Positions 29,937 to 40,752 are shown, numbered from the stretch's first letter. The stretch: 64,000 bases of DNA from Candidatus Heimdallarchaeota archaeon (GCA_018238545.1 JABCTC010000015.1:15825-79824), one strand, 5' to 3'. Made by a program: numbers and translations. The notes: generated by a model from the sequence alone, not told the origin.

Positions 29937-31034
29937 ATGCAGAAAGTAGAAATAAAAAGACAAAAGTTCGGAGAAACTTTGGACACTTATATGAGAGAAA
30001 AGAGACTACCAAAATCTATGGTTTGGGCTGGTTTTATTGCCTGTATATTCATTGCTATCATTGGCTTCTTTAAAAAGCTAAGACAGCTAGTTAGAGGAAA
30101 AGACACAGTAATCATATCTAAGGACGGAACATTGAGAGAGAGAAGTCCATCTCAATGGTCACTAGTATGGGGAAGATATAAGAAAAATAGAATTGCTACA
30201 CTATCAGCTATTTTAGTGATTGGTGTAATTACAATGGCTATTTTCTACCCTATCTTAATGCCATTTAGTCCAATAGGAACAACACCATTGTTCGATGCAT
30301 GGAATGGAGGAGGATCTCTTTCCAACCCCAATCTTAAGTACCCGGGTGGAACAGATATTTTAGGAAGAGATGAATTCTCAAGACTATTAGCAGGCAGTGA
30401 AGTATCTCTAACTGTCGGTCTGTTTTCAAGTGTCCTATCAGTAGCCATAGGAGTTACCTTGGGAGCATTAGCTGGATACTATAGAGGATGGACAGAAGAA
30501 GTCATCATGAGAATCACAGACATGTTCCTCGCACTACCCTTTTTAGTTATAGCAATCCTTGCTGTTTCTTTCATCAGAAGAGGAAGATTAGTATTCCTTC
30601 GTCAAATACCACAATCAATTGTTATTATTCTTGTACTAGGAATATTTGGATGGGCGGGTCTAACGAGACTTGTAAATGCAAATACGAAGCAGATTTATAA
30701 TCTAGATTATGTAAATGCTGCAAGAGTACTTGGTGCAAGTAACCGGAGAATAATTATGGTACACATTATACCAAATATCTTAGCTCCAATAATTGTAATT
30801 GCAACACTAAACATTGCAGGGGGAATCTTGGCAGAGGCAGGATTAACATTTCTTGGTTTAGGAAGTCCGACGACAATATCGTGGGGGCAGATGGTAAATG
30901 ATGCACAAACAGTGCTGAAAACGAATCCAGAATTAGCATTACTACCAGGTTTTGCGATATTCTTTGTAGTATTAGCGTTCAACCTACTAGGCGATGCATT
31001 AAGGGACGCACTAGACCCAAGATTGAGAGAGTAG
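29937..31034 (+). CDS. dppC: Peptide ABC permease DppC/OppC
   Basis: GTD.LGRD, AARVLGAS, H.IPN, FNLLGDALRDALDP. Confidence 0.93.
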   Translation: MQKVEIKRQKFGETLDTYMREKRLPKSMVWAGFIACIFIAIIGFFKKLRQLVRGKDTVIISKDGTLRERSPSQWSLVWGRYKKNRIATLSAILVIGVITMAIFYPILMPFSPIGTTPLFDAWNGGGSLSNPNLKYPGGTDILGRDEFSRLLAGSEVSLTVGLFSSVLSVAIGVTLGALAGYYRGWTEEVIMRITDMFLALPFLVIAILAVSFIRRGRLVFLRQIPQSIVIILVLGIFGWAGLTRLVNANTKQIYNLDYVNAARVLGASNRRIIMVHIIPNILAPIIVIATLNIAGGILAEAGLTFLGLGSPTTISWGQMVNDAQTVLKTNPELALLPGFAIFFVVLAFNLLGDALRDALDPRLRE

Positions 31035-32075
31035 ATGAAAATGGTAAAGCCAATACTAGACGCGCAGGATATTTACACTTATTTTTATACAGAATCTGGA
31101 GTGGTAGAAGCACTAGATGGGGTATCTTTTGATGTTCATCAAGGAGAACCGGTAGGAATTGTAGGAGAATCAGGCTGTGGAAAAACAGTAACAGCGAAAT
31201 CAACTCTGAGAATTCTTGACAAAAACGGTAAAACAGTAGCAGGTAAAATTCTCTACAAAGGAGTAGATCTGCTAGCTCTTCCAGATTTGCAAATGAGAAA
31301 AATAAGGGGAAAGGAAATAGCAATGATATTCCAAGACCCAATGACAAGTCTAAATCCAATATTCAAAATAGATGACCAGATGACAGAGGTAATAGCGCTA
31401 CATAGAAACTGTAGTAAAAAGGAAGCGTTGGAATATGCAATAGAAGCATTGGAACAAGTAGGAATAGCAGACGCAGCAGCAAGAGTGAAAGATTATCCAC
31501 ATCAATTCTCGGGTGGACAAAGACAAAGGGTGCTGATAGCAAGAGCTCTAGCACTCCAACCAAGCCTTCTGATCGCCGACGAACCAACGACGGCCTTAGA
31601 CGTTACCATTCAGGCTCAAATCCTCGAACTTATCAAGGATATGCAAAAGAAGCACGGTCTCGCTATGATGCTTATCACTCACAATCTCGGTGTCGTCGCT
31701 GAAACCACCAAACGTGTTCACATCTTCTACGGCGGTCGAGTCGTCGAGTCAGGTCCAACTGAAGACATCTTCATTGACCCAAAACACCCTTACACTCGTG
31801 CTCTTTTCGACTCTATCCCAAGTCTCGAAAAAGATAAGCATCGTTTAGCCACCATTCCTGGACTCGTACCAAGACTGATCAATCCTCCCAAGGGTTGTCG
31901 GTTTCATCCTCGTTGTAAGTTCGCTACTGAAATCTGTATGCGTGAACGTCCTCCTGATGTTATTATCGATAAACAAAAAGCTCGCCGTGTTCAATGTCAC
32001 CACTTTGATGAATTAGATTTACATGTTGATGAATTGACTATGAACGAAAGAACACACATTAAAGAGGAGGCCTAA
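31035..32075 (+). CDS. dppD: Peptide ABC ATPase DppD/OppD
   Basis: [25 protein letters not shown]-terminal Cys domain. Confidence 0.94.
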   Translation: MKMVKPILDAQDIYTYFYTESGVVEALDGVSFDVHQGEPVGIVGESGCGKTVTAKSTLRILDKNGKTVAGKILYKGVDLLALPDLQMRKIRGKEIAMIFQDPMTSLNPIFKIDDQMTEVIALHRNCSKKEALEYAIEALEQVGIADAAARVKDYPHQFSGGQRQRVLIARALALQPSLLIADEPTTALDVTIQAQILELIKDMQKKHGLAMMLITHNLGVVAETTKRVHIFYGGRVVESGPTEDIFIDPKHPYTRALFDSIPSLEKDKHRLATIPGLVPRLINPPKGCRFHPRCKFATEICMRERPPDVIIDKQKARRVQCHHFDELDLHVDELTMNERTHIKEEA

Positions 32076-32080
32076 TTACG

Positions 32081-33121
32081 ATGGTAAGTACTTTAAAAGA
32101 ATATGAAACAGTAGATATGTTTTCTGAATGGAATCCTAAAACCGAACCGATTATCGATCTCATCAATTTGAAGAAATGGTTCCCCATTAGCGAGCAATCT
32201 ATTCTCTTTTCCAGAGTTGTTGCTCAAATTAAAGCTGTTGATGGAGTTAATCTCTTCTTGAACAAAGGAGAAACTCTTGGACTTGTAGGTGAATCTGGTT
32301 GTGGAAAAAGCACCACCGCTAGAGTTACTGTTAAACTTGAAGAACCCACAGAGGGATCTATTTACTTCAAAGGAATAGATATTTTCCAACCTATGACAAG
32401 GGAAGAAGAATTATCGATTAAACGACAATTACAAATGGTTTTTCAAGATCCTTATTCCAGCTTGAATCCAAGAAGAATGGTTCTTGATCTTATCAAAGAA
32501 CCTTTTGACATTCATTTTCCTGATATGACCTATGAGGAAAAAGAAACCAGAGTTCTTGAAATTCTTGCAAAAGTAGGATTAGAAGATTACCATGCTTTGC
32601 GTTATCCTCACGAATTTAGCGGAGGTCAAAGGCAGAGGATAGGCATTGCAAGAGCTTTAGCTATCCATCCTGAAGTAGTTTTACTAGATGAACCAGTAAG
32701 TGCACTCGACGTCTCAGTTCAAGCTCAGATACTCAACCTTCTCCATGATTTGCAGATAGAATTTAATCTGACTTACATGTTTATTGCACATGATTTGAGT
32801 GTTATCAAACACGTTTCTGACCGTGTAGCTGTCATGTATCTAGGTAAAATCATGGAAATGTCACCAACTGGAGAACTGTTCAGAAAAACAGCTCATCCAT
32901 ATGCAGTATCACTTCTATCAGCAATTCCAAGACCTGACCCACGTATAAAAATGGATAGAATCATCTTAGAAGGAGATGTTCCAAGTCCAATTAATCCTCC
33001 ATCAGGATGTCCATTCCACCCAAGATGTTACAAAGCACAAGAAATATGTTCGAAGGTAACACCAGTTTTGGAAGAATTGGACCCAAATCATTTCGTGGCA
33101 TGCCACTTTCCAGAAATATAA
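32081..33121 (+). CDS. dppF: Peptide ABC ATPase DppF/OppF
   Basis: [29 protein letters not shown]. Confidence 0.94.
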   Translation: MVSTLKEYETVDMFSEWNPKTEPIIDLINLKKWFPISEQSILFSRVVAQIKAVDGVNLFLNKGETLGLVGESGCGKSTTARVTVKLEEPTEGSIYFKGIDIFQPMTREEELSIKRQLQMVFQDPYSSLNPRRMVLDLIKEPFDIHFPDMTYEEKETRVLEILAKVGLEDYHALRYPHEFSGGQRQRIGIARALAIHPEVVLLDEPVSALDVSVQAQILNLLHDLQIEFNLTYMFIAHDLSVIKHVSDRVAVMYLGKIMEMSPTGELFRKTAHPYAVSLLSAIPRPDPRIKMDRIILEGDVPSPINPPSGCPFHPRCYKAQEICSKVTPVLEELDPNHFVACHFPEI

Positions 33122-33218
33122 TTTCTCTTTTTTCTTTCTTTTTATTCTTATTTTGTAAAATACTCTAATGGTGCTACAAGGTAAAATATTTATCTTCTAT
33201 ATCTTCTGTGAACAAATC

Positions 33219-33803
33219 ATGCTAGCAAGTCAGTATTTTAAGAAACGGACCTATGGATTCAGAAGTTTTTTCCATGATGCATTCAAAGTAATGAAAAGCT
33301 CCTCCCAAATTCGAGAAGTAATGAGATCCAGTAGAATAAGCGAACAATTCAGAGAGAGGATTATGCTGGCTGTTACTGCTGTCTATGGTTGCATATATTG
33401 CGAATGGACACATACTAAAGCTGCATTAAGTTCTGGATGTGCAGAAGAAGAAATTGTCGATATTATGGAAAATGATTTTGGTTCATGTGATCCAGAAGAA
33501 ATTATAGCTCTAGCTTTCGCACAACACTATGCAGAAACAAATGGAAATCCAACTGATGAAGCATGGAATAAACTTGTTGAACAATATAGTAATCAAAAAG
33601 CAAATGACATTGTTTTGTTTATCAAAATGGTTACCGTGGGTAATTTGTTGGGTAACACGGTTGAAGCATTTAGAAGTAGATTCAAAGGAAAACCACCAGA
33701 AAATGGATCATTATTATTTGAATTATTTATCTATGTGTTTGGTTGGCCATTCATCCTAATTTTGAATAGGAAAATAAAGAAGAAAATAAAACGAATTGAT
33801 TGA
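33219..33803 (+). CDS. Carboxymuconolactone decarboxylase/AhpD-like protein
   Basis: ERIMLAV....GC.YC...H motif. Confidence 0.85.
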   Translation: MLASQYFKKRTYGFRSFFHDAFKVMKSSSQIREVMRSSRISEQFRERIMLAVTAVYGCIYCEWTHTKAALSSGCAEEEIVDIMENDFGSCDPEEIIALAFAQHYAETNGNPTDEAWNKLVEQYSNQKANDIVLFIKMVTVGNLLGNTVEAFRSRFKGKPPENGSLLFELFIYVFGWPFILILNRKIKKKIKRID

Positions 33804-33804
33804 A

Positions 33805-34845
33805 TTAATAGCCTTCATCTATATTTACTTCATTTAGAAACTCTTTTTCTCCTCTAGCAAATCTACTTATGTTTTCTATTTGTTCATCCCATCGTGTCAA
33901 AACACTGAATGGTGAGGCGGCTCTATGGGGGGAGAGAATAACATTATCTAACTCATGAAAAGGATAGCTGGAAGGATGCTTTTCCCCTTTTTCATCGGGT
34001 TCTGGTCTATAGTCATACCAGACATCAATAGCTGCGCCTAGGATTTTCCTTTCTTTTAATACGTGATAAAATGATTCTTCATCAATCACTTCTCCCCTAG
34101 CCATATTAACAATTAACCCTTCACTACCTAACAACTCTAGCTCTTGTTTTCCTATCATATCTTTCGTCTTTGCTGTAAGTGGAACAGCTACAATAAGTGT
34201 ATCAATTGCTTTCAGAAACAAAGGAAACTCTTCAGGTTTATATTGTTTAACAAGCGTAGGGAGAGGATAAGATTGTTTTTTCCAATCTCTTCTCAGGACA
34301 GAAAACTCTACATCAAATCCTGATAATAATCTATGTACCTTTCTATTAACTGCTCCATAACCTAGAAAGCCTATTTTTCTTCCTCGCAAAGGAAGGGAAA
34401 CTGCTTCAGTATCTCCTTTTCGCCAATGTCCTTCTTTCATCCAATTATGATGTAAAACAACTTTGTTCGTTAAAGCTAATAAGAGAGCAACAGCATGTTG
34501 AGCAGTATTGTCAGCATTACCATGGCCATTAACTAAAGTCATAGATCGTTCTTTGGTAACTTCTTGGAACAAAGAGATAAGATGTTGCACACCAGCACCA
34601 GGATTGATAAAAAGTTTAACTTTCTTTGCCGTTTGAAGCAACTCTTTGGTTGGTCTCCAACCCATTATTATGTCTGCATCTGGAGCTAATTTTAAAAAAG
34701 TCTCTTCCTCTGTATCAGGAGGGAAGATCAAATTAACCTGGGGATAGTCTTTCAAACCTAGAGTAAGATACTGTTTTAGTTCGTCATTTGGCTGCCAAAT
34801 ACAAAGAACATTAACACTCTTTTCTTTTTGCATGGTCAAATTCAA
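33805..34845 (-). CDS. D-2-hydroxyacid dehydrogenase
   Basis: GYGAV, PLT..T, N.ARG, DVW, SPH. Confidence 0.9.
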   Translation of the reverse strand: MNLTMQKEKSVNVLCIWQPNDELKQYLTLGLKDYPQVNLIFPPDTEEETFLKLAPDADIIMGWRPTKELLQTAKKVKLFINPGAGVQHLISLFQEVTKERSMTLVNGHGNADNTAQHAVALLLALTNKVVLHHNWMKEGHWRKGDTEAVSLPLRGRKIGFLGYGAVNRKVHRLLSGFDVEFSVLRRDWKKQSYPLPTLVKQYKPEEFPLFLKAIDTLIVAVPLTAKTKDMIGKQELELLGSEGLIVNMARGEVIDEESFYHVLKERKILGAAIDVWYDYRPEPDEKGEKHPSSYPFHELDNVILSPHRAASPFSVLTRWDEQIENISRFARGEKEFLNEVNIDEGY

Positions 34846-34926
34846 AAGAAAGTAAAGAAATAAAAACTTTTACAACAAATGACAGGAGATTAAACGACTT
34901 GATTAAAGAAGAGAGTTAAAAGAGAA

Positions 34927-35003
34927 TGGCGCCGCTGACAGGATTCGAACCTGTGACCGATTGATTAACAGTCAATTGCTCCACCGGACTGAGCTACAGC
35001 GGC
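34927..35003 (-). tRNA. tRNA-Asn(GTT)
   Basis: Cloverleaf; attga-ctGTTaa-tcaat; encoded CCA. Confidence 0.96.
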
Positions 35004-35071
35004 AACTTTCTTTCGCGCTTTTTACATTTCTTGTGTTTTTAAACCTTTTTTTCTTTGTATACTAAAAATCA

Positions 35072-35764
35072 CTAAAATTTTCTGTGTTCTTTTGAACAAT
35101 GTAATCTATATTTTTTTCTAATTAGGGTAAAGACTAATATCCCAAACATTGTCGATGCTACAAAGAAGTAGGTTTGGGTTGGTGTTGGAGTAGGTTCTTC
35201 TGGAAAAGTAAATGTTTCATTATCACCATTATGGGTTATTTGAATGTCTGAACCATTAACCGCTATTTCAGATGTAAAATTAATGTAATTATGTCGTTCT
35301 TCAGAGTCATCAAGATACATCCAAACGGTGTAGTTACCATCAGGAAGAGCTTCCAAAGTATCATTCACAGAGAGGTTAATAATTAATATTCCTTCAGTTA
35401 TTCCAGGATCAATAGTGTGATTGGTAAAAGCATCTCCACATGCACTTGGTCCCCATACTTGTCCAATATACTGCTTATTCTCAAAAGATAGATTGGCATT
35501 CACAAAAACAAGACAAGTGGTATGGCTTATTATATACAAAATTCTATTTGAGGGATTAATTATCTCAAAACTGTATTCGAACTCAAAGAAAGTCCAATTA
35601 GGGTACGGTTCTCTATAAACCAATTCTGGAGGAAGAACTATTTCTGTCATACGAGTATATATTGTATGTTCAGAAACATCTGCGTAAGGATAAAACAAGG
35701 GAGAATGGAAAATAACTAAGATGATAAAACAGACAGATTGAAGATATTTGTACAGTTTTTTCAT
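35072..35764 (-). CDS. Secreted, membrane-anchored hypothetical protein (Ig-like?)
   Basis: Signal peptide, LPDGNYTV, PT linker, C-terminal TM helix. Confidence 0.65.
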   Translation of the reverse strand: MKKLYKYLQSVCFIILVIFHSPLFYPYADVSEHTIYTRMTEIVLPPELVYREPYPNWTFFEFEYSFEIINPSNRILYIISHTTCLVFVNANLSFENKQYIGQVWGPSACGDAFTNHTIDPGITEGILIINLSVNDTLEALPDGNYTVWMYLDDSEERHNYINFTSEIAVNGSDIQITHNGDNETFTFPEEPTPTPTQTYFFVASTMFGILVFTLIRKKYRLHCSKEHRKF

Positions 35765-35883
35765 CTACAAAACTAAGTATTATTCATTATTAAATCTAAT
35801 CACAAAAAAAATATTCTTTTCTCTGGCAACATTCTTAAGAAGAGTTATGTTAATTTAATCTCAATCGGTCAAGGTAATTCCAT

Positions 35884-36552
35884 ATGGACCAAGCTGAAGT
35901 GTATAAGAGGAATTGGAACAAATATAGCCGAATTATTAGAGACGGTTTAATCTCTCATCTGGATGATAACTATGTTCGGTTAGGTAAGAAGGTGCATGAT
36001 AGGACTAATCCACCTTTCCTTGCTAGTATTGTTAAGGTTGATTCTAGTCTTTGGAAGAAAATTCAGCAAATACAGTCAGATATTGATAGAATTGATTCAA
36101 GACAAGAATTTTTTCACCCAACCTATTTTCACATTACTCTAAGTGAATTTGGTTGGAAAGATCAAGTTGATTACAACAAAATTAAACAAAAAATGGAAGA
36201 TGTTCTTCTAGATTTTTCGCCTTTCAAATTGGAGATTAAGGGGTTAAATTGTTTTGAAAGGATAATTTATGCTCAGGTTTTTGATAAAAAACAAGTTTTG
36301 AGGAGTATTTACTATAGGATGTTAGAAGAGTTTCCTTTTCTAGAAAAACGTTTTCCTGAATATATTCCCCATATTTCTATAGTCAAAATTAACTCAGAAG
36401 AAGCAAAAGATGTAATAGATCAGGTTGAACATAAGTATAGAGAAGTGAGTATAGGTGAAATGTCAGTAGATAATATCCAAATTGTTTCAGTAAGACCATA
36501 CTTAAGCGTTGGAAGGATTAAGATGGAAGATAAGATAGTTCTAAGTGATTAA
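35884..36552 (+). CDS. 2H phosphoesterase (2'-5' RNA ligase family)
   Basis: Two HxT/S motifs: FHITL and PHISI. Confidence 0.85.
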   Translation: MDQAEVYKRNWNKYSRIIRDGLISHLDDNYVRLGKKVHDRTNPPFLASIVKVDSSLWKKIQQIQSDIDRIDSRQEFFHPTYFHITLSEFGWKDQVDYNKIKQKMEDVLLDFSPFKLEIKGLNCFERIIYAQVFDKKQVLRSIYYRMLEEFPFLEKRFPEYIPHISIVKINSEEAKDVIDQVEHKYREVSIGEMSVDNIQIVSVRPYLSVGRIKMEDKIVLSD

Positions 36553-36625
36553 TACTCATACAAAACAAATTAGTTACAATCAAAATATTTTTTATATGCT
36601 TACGCTCAAAACTCTTTGCAGAATA

Positions 36626-36700
36626 GCCTCGGTAACTCAGCGGCAGAGTGATTGACTTGTAATCAATTAGTCGGGGGTTCAATTCCCCTCCGAGGCTCCA
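36626..36700 (+). tRNA. tRNA-Thr(TGT)
   Basis: Cloverleaf; attga-ctTGTaa-tcaat; encoded CCA. Confidence 0.96.
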
Positions 36701-36725
36701 TAAACATTTTTTCTATTATTTCAGT

Positions 36726-37808
36726 TTAATAAATTGGTTTTTTTCTCATCCGTTTGATATTAAATAACACTACGAAAGCTGATATAAAAATAATGAAACT
36801 ATATCCTGATGTTTCTCTCAATCTATCTAAACCGCTTATTTCTAGTATTTCTAGTCCTTCAGATGAATCTGTAACGTAAATTAGATTATCGATAACTTCT
36901 AGATCTTGAGGGCTACCAACATCAACAAACTCTCCAACTTTTTTTATTGCTGTGGGGTTAATTACGTCATAAACTTGTACTCCAGCTATTTTGTTAGCCA
37001 GATAAACTAAACTATCTTCAACATATAGATTCTCGATTTTTCCTTCCAAATCCTCTGAACTTAATAACTCTATATTAGAAGGATCAGTAACGTTCAGAAG
37101 CATTATTCCATCTTCTTTGTTTGCAATATAAGCTACTCCTTCCTCCACAGCTATGTCGTGAGCGAGCAGGTTTACATCGTAGCTTCCTAAGACCACCATG
37201 TTTTCAATATCACTTATGTCCATTATATTCAACCAAGATCTTCCATCAACTCTGAAAATAATTGTATAAAGTATCTCCTCTTGAATGAGAACATCACTAA
37301 CTCCACCTTCTTCATCATATTGTGCGATTTCAATAGGATTGGTGATATTGCTCACATCTATTATTTCTAGGCCATCATCTACATCCGCAACATAAACAAG
37401 ATTATCAACAATAAAGAGGTCGCCAACTGTTCCCCCATCATTGATTTGAGAGATTAGGGTAGGATTTGTGGGGTCGCTGATATTTAGAAGTTTCAATCCT
37501 AAATTCTCATCGGTAATATAGGCAATATCATCTTTTATCCAAAACTGATGACCACGATACAAAGGAAAACTGGAAATTTCAGTTATATCACTTGGATCAC
37601 TAATGTTAAGCAAATAGAAATCACCGCATGTTACGTATGCTATATCGTCTACAACCTTTACAGCGTAGGTATACCCTAAAAAATCAAATTGACCAATCTC
37701 CGTTATTTCTAAAACATACTCATCCGAAGCATCAATAGATAACGGATTGAGTACAAGAATTGCTAATGAGATAAAGAGTAAACAAGATTTTTTTCGGTTT
37801 AATTTCAT
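36726..37808 (-). CDS. Secreted LVIVD-repeat protein with C-terminal anchor
   Basis: Repeats of AY.AD...GLEI.DIS.P; signal peptide; TM helix followed by KRMRKK. Confidence 0.87.
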   Translation of the reverse strand: MKLNRKKSCLLFISLAILVLNPLSIDASDEYVLEITEIGQFDFLGYTYAVKVVDDIAYVTCGDFYLLNISDPSDITEISSFPLYRGHQFWIKDDIAYITDENLGLKLLNISDPTNPTLISQINDGGTVGDLFIVDNLVYVADVDDGLEIIDVSNITNPIEIAQYDEEGGVSDVLIQEEILYTIIFRVDGRSWLNIMDISDIENMVVLGSYDVNLLAHDIAVEEGVAYIANKEDGIMLLNVTDPSNIELLSSEDLEGKIENLYVEDSLVYLANKIAGVQVYDVINPTAIKKVGEFVDVGSPQDLEVIDNLIYVTDSSEGLEILEISGLDRLRETSGYSFIIFISAFVVLFNIKRMRKKPIY

Positions 37809-37921
37809 TTTATTTCCCCATTACAAGTATTTTGATAACTATTAAATGAACAGAACTTGGAACACTTATTAATCGAACTAACAAATCAATTTTTATAATT
37901 ATTCCATTTTTTGAGGCTATA

Positions 37922-38254
37922 ATGATAAGTTTTCATGATTTTGAGAAAGTTGACATACGAGTTGGGAAAGTTACTCAAGTTGAAGATTTTCCTGAAGCAA
38001 GAAAACCATCCTACAAATTACAAATAGATTTTGGTGAGAAGATAGGTGCAAAGAAATCTAGTGCGCAGCTTGTTTCTAATTATACCAAAGAGGAGCTTCT
38101 AGACAGATATGTCCTTTGTGTTATTAATTTCCCCCCAAGACAGATAGGTCCCGTTATGTCTGAAGTTTTAGTAGTAGGTGTCCCAGACGAATCAGGTGAA
38201 TGTATTTTGATCAAGCCCGACAACGATGTTCCGTTAGGTGGAAAGCTATATTGA
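37922..38254 (+). CDS. csaA: CsaA/Trbp111 tRNA-binding chaperone
   Basis: DIRVG, ARKP.Y, KKSSAQ, NFPPRQIG..SEVL. Confidence 0.9.
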   Translation: MISFHDFEKVDIRVGKVTQVEDFPEARKPSYKLQIDFGEKIGAKKSSAQLVSNYTKEELLDRYVLCVINFPPRQIGPVMSEVLVVGVPDESGECILIKPDNDVPLGGKLY

Positions 38255-38776
38255 AAGATCTTGTCTAGCTTTTTCGAGTATTCTTCTAATGAAATCAGAT
38301 TTACTTTCAGTGTACTTTTCCCTATCAAGTTCATACTTCTTTAGCAGGGTTTGCTTCAACTTAGAATACTCTTGTGCATCTTTAGGGTGTTTTCTGAGAT
38401 AATCTCTAAATAGAATATGTTTGGGCCATTCTGAATGTTCTTTTTCTACTACATGAAGATGGTGAGTTCTATAATCCTCTCCCCCTTTAACAAAAAGATA
38501 TCTGTCAGGAATTCCTTGCTCACCACGATAAATATAACCGAGAGTTTTCAATGGAACGATTATTTTTACTATGTTAGACAAAGAGTTTATAGCTGCGAGA
38601 ATATCAATAATTGGTTTCGAAACAATATCAGGTATTGCTGTGCTCCCTATGTGTTCAACATCAACAATAAAATCTTCAGCTGCAGAAAAAATAAGCGCAG
38701 ATTCTTCTTCAAAAAGAGTTTTCCACTTGGGATTATACTTGCTTAACTTCACAACACCACGTTTTAAACCAATCAT
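38246..38776 (-). CDS. GrpB family nucleotidyltransferase-like protein
   Basis: HIGSTAIP..SKPIID, FRDYLR, Y..LK. Confidence 0.92.
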   Translation of the reverse strand: MIGLKRGVVKLSKYNPKWKTLFEEESALIFSAAEDFIVDVEHIGSTAIPDIVSKPIIDILAAINSLSNIVKIIVPLKTLGYIYRGEQGIPDRYLFVKGGEDYRTHHLHVVEKEHSEWPKHILFRDYLRKHPKDAQEYSKLKQTLLKKYELDREKYTESKSDFIRRILEKARQDLSI

Positions 38777-38880
38777 AGTATCGAAACAAAGAAACCTATT
38801 TTTGTTTATATTTTTATCTTTTAGCTAGAAAAAAATGTATCATTGCAAAACCATAATTATCTGATGCAGCGATATTCCCT

Positions 38881-39426
38881 ATGGAAACCTCAAACATGAG
38901 AACTAAAAAGTTGAAAATTTATGATGAGCTAACCTCTAGAGTTTCCTATTATTATTCTATGCTGCAAGAAGTTAGAGAAAGATTACTAATTATTATAGAC
39001 GATTTAGATGAAGAAATGCTTGATTTCACTCCAGATGAAAGAAACTTTGAAACAATCGGAACGCTTCTGTTTCATATTGCAGCTATAGAATGGAGTTGGG
39101 TGTTCGAAGATATTGATGGGCTAGAGATGGATTATGAGAAGTTTAAACATGCATTTGCTTTGAGATCTGATGTAGACATTCCCCAACTGAAAGGTAAGAA
39201 AAAGTTATTTTATCTAAATCAATTGAAGGAAGTAAGAGAAGAGGTATTCATAAGATTAACCAAGTTTTCAGATGAAGATTTGGATAAAATCGTTGAATCT
39301 GATACAGAAAAATTTAGTATAGAATGGATTCTATTTCATATTCTTGAACATGAAACCATGCACATAGGTCAAATACTACTACTAAAGAGACTTTATGAAA
39401 AACAAAGTTTAGGAAGGTTTACTTAA
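38881..39426 (+). CDS. DinB family protein
   Basis: IG.LL.HIA..E..W; H..EHE..H.GQ. Confidence 0.9.
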   Translation: METSNMRTKKLKIYDELTSRVSYYYSMLQEVRERLLIIIDDLDEEMLDFTPDERNFETIGTLLFHIAAIEWSWVFEDIDGLEMDYEKFKHAFALRSDVDIPQLKGKKKLFYLNQLKEVREEVFIRLTKFSDEDLDKIVESDTEKFSIEWILFHILEHETMHIGQILLLKRLYEKQSLGRFT

Positions 39427-39452
39427 TATATTATCATAATAATTGAAACTAT

Positions 39453-40325
39453 ATGAATCCAAAGGAAGAAATCGAATCTGAAGTACAAAAACTGCATAAT
39501 TTTGGATTATTACTAAAAAATGAATCAATTTCAGATATAAGAAACGATTTACATTCTTCAGAGATGTGGGCATATGTTTTCTGGAGAAGAAGAAAAAACC
39601 ATGCTAAAAGAAATGATCCTGAGATTCAATTCCTATTTGAAAATAATCCAAAAACAATACTAGAAATTGGTACAGCCTATGGACGCGTTCTAAACAAGAT
39701 TGCAATAGAAAACGAAAAACAAACTAACAAAGCAAAATTATTTGGGATTGAGATTTGTAAACACTGTGAGAAATACTTCCAAACTTATTCAAAAAAACAC
39801 CCTTTGTTAGAGAATAACACTATTCTTTTTGATGATTTCTTAAAAAACAACAATGTGTTTCAAAAACAATTTGATGTAATAGTTTTACCAATGAATACCT
39901 TCCCCAGTTTTCCTATTTCAATGTTGGATGATCTATTCTCAGCTGTTAGAAAACACTTGAATCCTAATGGTTTATGGTTTTTTTCAACCTACAAACCAAA
40001 AGCAACTGATAACAAGTTCAATTCAGAAAGTTCAACATGGAATCACAGTGGGGAGTTATTAGTAGACCTAGGCAAAGACATTATTGCTGGTGAACATTAT
40101 CAATTTCCAGCAGTTAAGAAGGACTATGGAATGCGAGCAATCACTTATTTCTCATATACCAGACTAACACGAGATTACAAATTAAAAGAAAGGATAGTTT
40201 ATAGAAACACGAGGGAGTTTATTAATCCTGATGATTTGAAGAAAATAATAAGTGACTATGACTTTCATATTAAATTCATAGACACCTCAAGCCATTCAGC
40301 AGTATATTGCTTGTCAATAACTTAG
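39453..40325 (+). CDS. Class I SAM-dependent methyltransferase
   Basis: ILEIGTAYGR, FDVI, HL.PNG. Confidence 0.82.
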   Translation: MNPKEEIESEVQKLHNFGLLLKNESISDIRNDLHSSEMWAYVFWRRRKNHAKRNDPEIQFLFENNPKTILEIGTAYGRVLNKIAIENEKQTNKAKLFGIEICKHCEKYFQTYSKKHPLLENNTILFDDFLKNNNVFQKQFDVIVLPMNTFPSFPISMLDDLFSAVRKHLNPNGLWFFSTYKPKATDNKFNSESSTWNHSGELLVDLGKDIIAGEHYQFPAVKKDYGMRAITYFSYTRLTRDYKLKERIVYRNTREFINPDDLKKIISDYDFHIKFIDTSSHSAVYCLSIT

Positions 40326-40431
40326 ACTTGTATAGTAGTAGTGGTTAGTCTATCAGTTTAACATGTATAAATTAGAATTCCCTTCCCTTTTAACTAACCT
40401 CAAAATGAAGTTAGGAAAAACAGGTAAGTGA

Positions 40432-40752
40432 TTAGGAGCATTCAGCAGTAACTATTTCCATTAATCCCAAGATTTCTAGAAGTTTTTTTTCTAGATCTAT
40501 ACCGACAATGCCCGCGAGGGCTAAAGTGCTCAAAAGACTTTCGACTAGCTCATCTTCAATTGTTGGATCACATTCTAATCCTTCACAGTCATCTAAGATT
40601 TGACTGGCAAAAGCATTAAGCATTTTTTCTCCCATAATCCTACTTGGAGTTTTTGGAACGTTCATTACATCTAGTTGTTTCACACTGTTTCTGCTGTTAA
40701 TGAGTTCAAGCAGTTTTCTTTGTGCTTCGTTTATTGTTACCATTTTCGTCAC
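40432..40752 (-). CDS. Hypothetical protein, possibly MazG-like all-alpha fold
   Basis: TINEAQ...IEDEL...L.LA...GIDLE pattern. Confidence 0.5.
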   Translation of the reverse strand: MTKMVTINEAQRKLLELINSRNSVKQLDVMNVPKTPSRIMGEKMLNAFASQILDDCEGLECDPTIEDELVESLLSTLALAGIVGIDLEKKLLEILGLMEIVTAECS

